Source: Obrimoposthia wandeli (Eukaryota). Taken from it: a stretch of DNA of 64,000 nucleotides. This document shows positions 55,581-64,000 of this stretch, one piece after another (position 1 is the first letter of the stretch; each line of letters opens with the position of its first letter). A program made the position numbers and the translations under genes. The stretch is taken from NCBI GenBank assembly GCA_977020255.1, contig CDROCS010001373.1, positions 248,001-312,000 on the forward strand, read 5' to 3'. The notes beneath the pieces are model-generated. The model searched no databases. It was not told where the DNA came from and worked only from the letters and a program-made list of their open reading frames with translations.

Positions 55581-58500
55581 GTGTGAGATTTCTTTCCCGC
55601 TTGACAATAGGCATTCTGAGATTTCAGAGTTTGTTTACTGTCATATAATATTGAATACTTTGAAAATTAAATGTTCAACTAGGATCGGCTGATCAGCCAT
55701 TCGATTATGCAATGGTATATGTTGATAGTAGGTGGATGTGTCCGGTCTAATCCACACTATTTAGTCGTTAAATTATACTAAATCAAATAAACCTGCGGAC
55801 CATAATAATATATCTCGACTTGTTTTGGCCTCATTCACAAAATACAGCAAATGTTTCGACTTGCATTTCTCATATAGACGCAACAGAAGCCCCAATCTTG
55901 CATTATCGTCATGCCAAAGTTCTCATTAATGCCCCAAATCGGTCCACAGTGAATTTTAATGTTGTCCCCAAACCTGTATTACCTAAGATTGTAAGTAATG
56001 TATTGCAACTGTTCGGATTTCCCAAAATTATATTTATGAGTTCTATACAGGTGGTCCTAAACGTCATTCTTTATACTGCCCTACCGTAGTCGGAATCTTC
56101 TGATTTTTTAAAAATATTATAATCACTAACGTGTTTGGCCTATGGCTTTTAAAAGTATCTTAGGCTTGACCTGTAACTGAAGTTGATTAACAAATGAGCT
56201 GTGATGTTTAGAGCTCTCGATGTTTATAGATTTTTACACATCAGACAAATAGAAAATAAGAACATGGGTCAATTTATCCGAATAGACTAAAGAAATGTAA
56301 TTAGTAAGCTATGGTATTTTAGGAACAACCAGATATATTAAACAAGTGACTGACGAATCTTCATTAATTACCAAAATGCGATTCCTTTGGAAGAAGCAAC
56401 TCCACTTTGTTCTAATATAGTATGAATTATCGAAAACTGCGAAGGTAGTATTGACATGCGATCTTCACTATCGGATATCCCAGGGTTCGAATCACTCATT
56501 CTGTCACACCCTATCTGGCAATGTGTTCTTCCTCATACGTTCACATGAGAACACTATTCGGTCATCCTTAGGGCCACGAAGGAAAGGGTAGGGAAGAGAA
56601 AAGACAAACCTTTGTTAGAATTTTAAAAATAAGTTAGCTTTGAAACGTTACATAAACATAATTTTTTTAATATTTTAGCTACTTACTATTAAAGTAGCTA
56701 ATTCAAAAAACTATAGTTAACATTTAATTTTATCTACTTATAAATTTATGTAATATATAATTTTTTAAATTTAATTACGTATTAATTTCTACTTAAAAAT
56801 GTAAATAACATATACGTAGCTAAAGTTAATTTATATATTTTTTCTTACTCTCTTTTGAATGTAAAAAAGAAGAAGTGTATAAATGTTATAAATAATAGAG
56901 CAAAAAACGTTATCCAACTTATGATACTCACAAGGTTAACAACATAGCATATCATTATGAACTTGAAGTGCTGAAAGCTACGTCATTATAATAAAGAAAG
57001 AAAATAAAAGATAAAGTCAATTATTTAATGACAAATGAAATCATCTACTCTGTAGTTATTTAAAAAATTATACATTTGTAAATAACAGAAATATAAACAA
57101 ATAAGATACAAATATAAAAAATCTAATCAATTCTAATTCCTTCGACTATTTTCCATAGTGTACTCACCAATCTTTAAGGTGCTAATATATATTTAAATAT
57201 ATAGTAGTGTGTCTTCTGGCTCACTTTAGGGTGTGTATTGTTGCCATGGGCATGTTTTTGTTTTAATATTAGACATTTTGCGCAAATTTTAAAATTTCCT
57301 AAATTATTTTTTCAAAATTTTACACAGAATTTTTTATAAATAATTACATATTTTTTAAATAAAATTTTACACAGAATTTTTTATACTTTAAAAAAAAAAA
57401 TTTTTATAAATGTTTTACTTAGAAATTTTACGAAAAAGACACATTAAAAAGATAAATTGGATACCCATTCTCTCTTATTATGATATTATTATATGCATTA
57501 ATTTCTCTTCTAGAACCTTCTAAACACCCCGTAAATTTTCTCTTTAAACTCTTCTATATAATAATTTATTTTATTAACTTCCTAAATACCCTGTCAATTT
57601 CCTCTTTAAACCTCTTAAACACCCCGTTAAATTCCCGTTAAAAGTATCTCTCAAATAAATCACATCAATTTCACTTCAAAATCCTATCTAGGCTATATTT
57701 TCTCTTCTGATACCTCCTAAAAATCTCGTTAATTTTTCCGTTAGTTATTTTATTATCTTTAATCTTCTATGTATTAATTACTCTTATAGAACCTTCTAAG
57801 CAAATCATGATTTTATTTTCTAAACCTTCTATCCATTAATTTCTATTCTTAAACCTTATAAACACCCCTGTAATATCTCATCTAAATATCACAAATCTCA
57901 TACATCTTGTTAGTTTCTCTTCTAGAACATTCTATGTATTAATTTCTTTACTAACCCGATCATAATTTATTTGAAGTATTGAATCAACTGGTTGATGATG
58001 CTTGAATAGAAGTTTCTAAGTTTCCATAATATTTATAAAATCAATAAGCTTGCAGAGTTTTGTAAGAATTTTCATGTTTGATATATCGATCAATGAAAAA
58101 TTAATTTTTGAGAATATAGTTAACAATAAACTCAAGTAATCTGAATAAATTATGACTGAGATAAATCCATGCTTTAAACTATAGACGGAAAGTTCCAGAT
58201 GAAAGAAAAGGGAATTAGCCTTAGACAGACGCAATGCGAATTATTTAGCTGCATATGAGAGTGGGGTTAGTGAACGAGTGCAACAACAACGTATTATTCA
58301 ATTAATCACCATATCTATATTGTAAACATGATTAAGATCGCCTTGAGAATTAAAATTTAAATAAAATAAAATAAATATGATAACCTAGATACAATGACCT
58401 AATTAAAAAGTAGTTTTAATAAAAGATTTAAAAAATCAAACTAAACATAAAATAAAATTTGCACAAAATTATTAAGTAATTACATAATGTTACACAAGAA

Positions 58501-58717
58501 ACAAATTATTCCATTATTTTCCGAAACACCAAGTATCACACTACATTCGGGTGTATGTATTTTTTTTAGAAATTAAAATTTTAGATTTTATTTTAGAAAA
58601 AAAAATTTAAAAGACGTTATTTGTCCTACTTAATTCTAGTCTCAATCTGAAGGTTTTGTGTCTTATTGTTCTGTGGTGTGTTCAAGGAGTTGTGTTCACA
58701 GAATAGCTTAGTAGGTA

Positions 58718-58911
58718 GAAGGATGGAGTCTAAGCCACTTGACCCCCCACTCACCTCTGGTGAGGCAACATATACCCTTATGGTGTGGCAAGACACCTTT
58801 TATGGTGTGACACCCTTATGGTGTGACACCCTTATGGTGTGACACCCTTATGGTGTGACACCCTTTAGGGGGAGGGGGAGGGGAGGTCAAGTGGCTTAGA
58901 CTCCATCCTTC
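58718..58911. repeat. Perfect 27-bp inverted repeat enclosing 16-bp tandem hairpin units
   Basis: GAAGGATGGAGTCTAAGCCACTTGACC (58718-58744) pairs with GGTCAAGTGGCTTAGACTCCATCCTTC (58885-58911). The loop holds GACACCCTTATGGTGT units at 58792 (17-nt variant), 58809, 58825 and 58841. Confidence 0.97.
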
Positions 58912-59150
58912 CTTGATATACTACTATGGTCGTCCATAGTTTAAAGGGTCAAGTGGCTTAGTCTCCACCCTTCTTTTTGAGATATACCACTATGAAAGGG
59001 TCAATTGGCTTAGTCTCCACCCATCTTTTTGTGATCTAGTCTCCACCCATCTTTTTGTGATCTAGTCTCCACCCTTCTTTTTGGTTAACCACTAATTCAA
59101 AGGATCAAGTGGCTTAGTCTCCACCCTTCTTTTTTGTGATCTAGTCCATA

Positions 59151-59388
59151 ATGAAATTTAGGATAAAGTTCACACTTACCAATTAAGAATGTATGACGTA
59201 ATCATACACACACTATTTTATGTGAAAATTTAGGATAAAGTTCACACTTATCAATTAAGAAATGTGGTTTTTAACACACACATACACTATTTTATGTGAA
59301 ATTTAAACTAAAGTTCACTCTTATAAGTTAATGAATGTATTACGTAATCACACACATACTATTTTATGTGAAATTTAGATCAAAGTTT
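59151..59388. repeat. Imperfect 71-75 bp tandem repeat, about 3 copies
   Basis: TGAAATTTAGGATAAAGTTCACACTTA...CACACTATTTTATG recurs near 59151, 59222, 59297 and partially at 59369. Confidence 0.85.
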
Positions 59389-59749
59389 TTCCTAGGCTTT
59401 CACATTTATAGAATTATGATAAAATTTCTTTAAATAACTTCAATTATATATTAAAATAAAAAATAAAATAAGAAAGAAGTCAGAGAATAATACAAAATTA
59501 AACACATTTATTATGTAATTTCATAATATCATCTTCAAACTTAAGTGAATAACATTTACAAAGTAAGAAAGTCCATTCTTTATACATTCTTTTCGTTTCA
59601 ACGACTAAGTTACAACGGAATTAATAGAAAATTAGTAAAAAATATTAATTTATTTGAATATTTGAATGAGAGTTTGAATAAATGAGAGGTAGAATGAATG
59701 TAAATGAATAAAATTATGCATGCAAGTATGAATGTCATTTACAAGTAAG

Positions 59750-60517
59750 AGTCTTAGCAAGTGAATGTAATTTTTAAAAAAAAATAAGAGTGTCGATAGT
59801 TTGATTGAATGCAAGTGTAATTTAGACTATAAGTAAATTAAAATAGAGTTTTTGTTGAATAAATTATAGTTAGATTGAATGCAAGTATGACGAGCAAGTG
59901 ATTGATAGTATGAATTTCAATACAAGTAAGTGGGTTTAGCAAGTGAATGTAATTTTTAAAATAAGAGTGTCGATAGTTTGATTGAATGCAAGTGTAATTT
60001 AGACTATAAGTAAATTAAAATAGAGATTTTGTTGAATAAATTATAGTTAGATTGAATGCAAGTATGACGAGCAAGTGATTGATAGTTTGAATTTTCAATA
60101 CAAGTAAGTGGGTTTAGCAAGTGAATGTAATTTTAAAAATAAGAGTGTCGATAGTTTGATTGAATGCAAGTGTAATTTAGACTATAAGTAAATTAAAATA
60201 GAGATTTTGTTGAATAAATTATAGTTAGATTGAATGCAAGTATGACGAGCAAGTGATTGATAGTTTGAATTTTCAATACAAGTAAGTGGGTTTAGCAAGT
60301 GAATGTAATTTTAAAAATAAGAGTGTCGATAGTTTGATTGAATGCAAGTGTAATTTAGACTATAAGTAAATTAAAATAGAGTTTTTGTTGAATAAATTAT
60401 AGTTAGATTGAATGCAAGTATGACGAGCAAGTGATTGATAGTTTGAATTTCAATACAAGTAAGTGGGTTTAGCAAGTGAATGTAATTTTAAAAATAAGAG
60501 TGTCGATAGTTTGATTT
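59750..60517. repeat. 177-178 bp tandem repeat, about 4.3 near-identical copies
   Basis: The marker TAAGAGTGTCGATAG occurs at 59785, 59962, 60140, 60318 and 60495. Confidence 0.97.
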
Positions 60518-60810
60518 TTAAATTACTTGATATTTTTTTTGCCATTGTCCGTTTAATATAATATGAATATTCAATTTATTTCTTCAAAAATTCATTTTAT
60601 ATGTTAAATAATATTCTTTATCACATTATTGTGGTTTTTATCAAGTGATTTTAACCTTAAACTATAAAAATATTTTAATTATAAAGTTAGTTGCTGTACC
60701 CCGCCCACTGCATATAACATAAATTTCAAATATAAAGTACTATTAAGTTTATTATTTCGAATAGTAAATGTTTTTTCGAGTTATTTAATTTTGTTTACTA
60801 GACATTCGAA

Positions 60811-62091
60811 AATTTACTTGTAAACTACAATATTTATTTGTTGTTGTATATATTTAGTTTAAAATGTTGTAAGTTATTACTTTAATATAATTTTCAACAA
60901 AACTTCAAGTAGTTTACTTATTAAACATAAGTTTAATGTTTTGTACAATAAATTGACTTGTAAACATAATATATTTATGCATATATTAACTTTAATATGT
61001 TGTAACTTATTACTTTAATATAATTTTCAACAAAAACTTCAAGTAGTTTACTTATTAATCATAAGTTTAATGTTTTGTACAATAAATTGACTTGTAAACA
61101 TAATTTATTTTGATATATTTTCAATTTAATATGTTGTAAGTTATTACTTTAATATAATTTACAACAAAACTTCAAGTAATTTACTTGTAAACTACAATAT
61201 TTATTTGTTGTTGTATATATTTAGTTTAAAATGTTGTAAGTTATTTCTTTAATATAATTTTCAACAAAAACTTCAAGTAGTTTACTTATTAAACATAAGT
61301 TTAATGTTTTGTACAATAAATTGACTTGTAAACATAATTTATTTTGATATATTTTCAATTTAATATGTTGTAAGTTATTACTTTAATATAATTTACAACA
61401 AAAACTTCAAGTAGTTTACTTATTAAACATAAGTTTAATGTTTTGTACAATAAATTGACTTGTAAACATAATTTATTTTGATATATTTTCAATTTAATAT
61501 GTTGTAAGTTATTACTTTAATATAATTTACAACAAAAACTTCAAGTAGTTTACTTATTAAACATAAGTTTAATGTTTTGTACAATAAATTGACTTGTAAA
61601 CATAATTTATTTTGATATATTTTCAATTTAATATGTTGTAAGTTATTACTTTAATATAATTTACAACAAAAACTTCAAGTAATTTACTTGTAAACTACAA
61701 TATTTATTTGTTGTTGTATATATTTAGTTTAAAATGTTGTAAGTTATTACTTTAATATAATTTCAACAAAAACTTCAAGTAGTTTACTTATTAAACATAA
61801 GTTTAATGTTTTGTACAATAAATTGACTTGTAAACATAATTTATTTTGATATATTTTCAATTTAATATGTTGTAAGTTATTACTTTAATATAATTTACAA
61901 CAAAAACTTCAAGTAGTTTACTTATTAAACATAAGTTTAATGTTTTGTACAATAAATTGACTTGTAAACATAATTTATTTTGATATATTTTCAATTTAAT
62001 ATGTTGTAAGTTATTACTTTAATATAATTTACAACAAAAACTTCAAGTAATTTACTTGTAAACTACAATATTTATTTGTTGTTGTATATAT
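60811..62091. repeat. Compound tandem array of about 100-bp (A) and about 134-bp (B) units sharing a roughly 48-bp core
   Basis: A starts at 60811, 61178, 61681 and 62049 (partial). B starts at 60911, 61045, 61279, 61413, 61547, 61781 and 61915. The shared 3' core is ATGTTGTAAGTTATTACTTTAATATAATTT(T/A)CAACAAAA(A)CTTCAAGT. Confidence 0.95.
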
Positions 62092-62120
62092 ACTTGAATC
62101 CATTATTTACTGAAGAATAA

Positions 62121-62219
62121 GGAATCATTATTTATAATCAAAATGGTGGATTCATATTGGCCATACTGCCCGCTATAGCATCAGTAATAGCTAGTGTTAT
62201 ATCTTCAAGATGGGGATAG
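62121..62219 (+). pseudogene. 3' remnant of a Polinton small GGF-motif (core/cement-like) ORF upstream of the integrase
   Basis: Reads GIIIYNQNGGFILAILPAIASVIASVISSRWG*. The QxGGF plus hydrophobic tail matches the small ORF that typically precedes Polinton integrases. The frame has no start codon (TAA at 62118-62120). Confidence 0.6.
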
Positions 62220-62393
62220 TTGTCTTAATAACGAAAATTATAATAATATTAAATAATTACATTCATTCGTTTTATACAAACATATAAACAGATTAAAAAA
62301 TATATTTAACTTTTAATTCAAATAATAAAATAATGGGGATAAACAATACAAAGTTGTCTAACTTATTTATAAATTTTAATTCTTCATGCTGCA

Positions 62394-63420
62394 ATGGAAA
62401 AGATTTGGAACAATCCAGAAGATCCAGACGGTTATACAGGGTTAGAAAAATTGACAAAAAGAGTCAAACAATCAAAAACAAACACACAAAAATGGTTAAG
62501 AAATGAATTATCATATAGTCTGAATAAACCTTTAAGGCGTAAATTCCCTACTAGATCATATAAAACTAATGGTATTAATTCGTTATGGCAGATGGATTTA
62601 ATGGAAATGATTCCTTATTCTTCAGTAAATAATGGATTCAAGTATATTTTAACTTGTATTGATGTATTTAGTCGTTTTGCAAAAGCAGTTGGTGTTAAAT
62701 CAAAATCAGGTATTGATTTATTACATGCAATAGAATCTTTAATTGTTGATGATGTACCAGTAAATATCCAAACCGATGAAGGTAAAGAATTTTTTAATTC
62801 ACATGTTAAGAAATTATTTAAAACTGAAAATATCAATCATTATTCAGTATATTCTCAATATAAAGCTGCAGTAGTTGAAAGATTTAATAGAACGTTAAGA
62901 GAACGGTTAAAGAAATATTTTACTAAACAAGGTAATAAGAAATGGGTGAATGTATTACCAAAAATTATTTATGCTTATAATAATTCTAAACATAGAGGTT
63001 TAGATGGTTTAAAACCTGTAGATGTAAATAATAAAAATGAATTTGATATTTTGTTGAAACAAAATCTAAAAAGAAAAGAAACTTAAATCTAAATATAAAA
63101 TTGATGATTATGTTCGAATATCAAAAATAAGTACAAGTCCATTTATTAAAAATTTTAATCAAAATTGGAGTGATGAGGTTTTTCAAATTCATGATATTAA
63201 TTATAAACAAAATCCAATAATGTATATTTTAAAAGATATTGATAACGTCATCATCAAAGGAAAATTTTATAAACAAGAGTTACAATTAATTGATAAACCT
63301 AAACTATATCGAATACAAGAAATTTTAGAAACTAAAGGTCGTGGTAAGAATAAACAATATTACGTAAAGTGGCACGGATACTCTGAACCTTCTTGGATAT
63401 TTGCTTCTCAAATTGAATAA
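62394..63420 (+). CDS. Polinton DDE integrase with C-terminal chromodomain, split by a +1 frameshift at about 63069-63083
   Basis: Catalytic motifs WQMDL, IQTDEGKEF and VVERFNRTL, plus YNNSKHR. After the shift the frame continues KSKYKIDDYVRISK...QNWSDEVF...KGKFYKQELQ...YRIQEIL...YYVKWHGY...W, the typical Polinton integrase tail and chromodomain. Stop at 63418-63420. Confidence 0.92.
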
Positions 63421-64000
63421 TGTCAAAATATATTATTTTACCTAGTAATAGTTGTCCAAGTACTCAACCTAACAATACAGCCAATCAATTTACTGTAGAT
63501 TGGGAAAACTCTCTAAATTTAGATGGTGAATGGGAGGTTGCCTTGACTGAATTTGTATTTAATTTTACTCCTTTAACAATACAAACTAATTCAAAAATAC
63601 TTTATAAAACGGAAAAGATAGAAATGAAAACTTTCGATGTATCTTTTGCAATTTTAAATGGATTAATTTTTAATAATTTAAATACTGTTTTCAATTTCAA
63701 AATTACAAAGGGTCAAAAATTAGAAATAAGTACAATTAACAGTATTCATCGAATGTTGTTAAAATTCGAAACTTTAGAAGAATCAAAAATTATAGGTTTT
63801 AATGAAAAACAAAAAATTTCTAGTCATGTTATAACAAGTGATGAAATTGTTGACATAAATAAAAATATTCATGCTAAAATGAGAATTACAATTTATTATT
63901 TAGCTGAATATGAATACGAAATAAAATTTAATCAAAATTATTTGATACAAGATAGTTCTTCATTATGTAATATTATAGCCAGTAAATGTAATGAAATTTT
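63420..64000 (+). CDS. Polinton penton-like (minor capsid) protein, N-terminal part, open to the window end (missing from the ORF track)
   Basis: ATG at 63420 overlaps the integrase stop (TAATG). It reads MSKYIILPSNSCPSTQPNNTANQFTVDWENSLNLDGEWEVALTEF..., 193 codons without a stop. The LPSNS..PNNT..F...L.L.GEWEVAL motif is typical of the ORF after INT in animal Polintons. The penton label is recalled, not searched. Confidence 0.75.
   Translation, partial: MSKYIILPSNSCPSTQPNNTANQFTVDWENSLNLDGEWEVALTEFVFNFTPLTIQTNSKILYKTEKIEMKTFDVSFAILNGLIFNNLNTVFNFKITKGQKLEISTINSIHRMLLKFETLEESKIIGFNEKQKISSHVITSDEIVDINKNIHAKMRITIYYLAEYEYEIKFNQNYLIQDSSSLCNIIASKCNEI

Larger units (their letters stand above)
58710..64000 (+). 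mobile_element. Polinton/Maverick (adintovirus-like) element, left portion, continuing beyond the window
   Basis: Contains a retroviral-like integrase with a C-terminal chromodomain, preceded by a GGF-motif peptide and followed by an LPSNS...L-GEWEVAL ORF, an order typical of animal Polintons. The left boundary at AGTAGGTAG is inferred from the AG-rich start and structured repeats. No TSD or second TIR is visible. Confidence 0.85.

Noticed and set aside
56440-56500. B-box-like GGTTCGAATC suggesting a tRNA or SINE
   Set aside because: No convincing A box or cloverleaf.
57480-57960. Degenerate 40-60 bp repeats (TTAATTTCTCTTCTAGAACCTTCTA, AAACACCCCGT)
   Set aside because: An old low-complexity minisatellite with no definable unit or function.
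60811-62091. CRISPR-like repeat-spacer appearance
   Set aside because: The spacers are only two recurring sequences, the context is eukaryotic and no cas genes are present.

Overview
AT-rich eukaryotic (invertebrate animal) genomic DNA, not prokaryotic. The only host gene I can support is the 3' part of an innexin (gap-junction) gene on the + strand. Its three GC-rich exons (9207-9488, 48692-48907, 51181-51409) splice in frame through canonical GT-AG sites. The intron between the first two is 39.2 kb and holds a roughly 17 kb array of a 36-bp satellite with nested higher-order repeats, an hsp60 pseudogene fragment, a diverged 2.1-kb duplication, minisatellites and decayed retroelement relics. 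From about 58710 to the window end lies the left part of a Polinton/Maverick (adintovirus-like) element. It begins with a highly structured foldback, then about 3 kb of tandem arrays, a truncated GGF-motif core-like peptide, a DDE integrase-chromodomain gene with one frameshift, and the start of a penton-like ORF. All family assignments come from motif recognition by eye; no database search was run.
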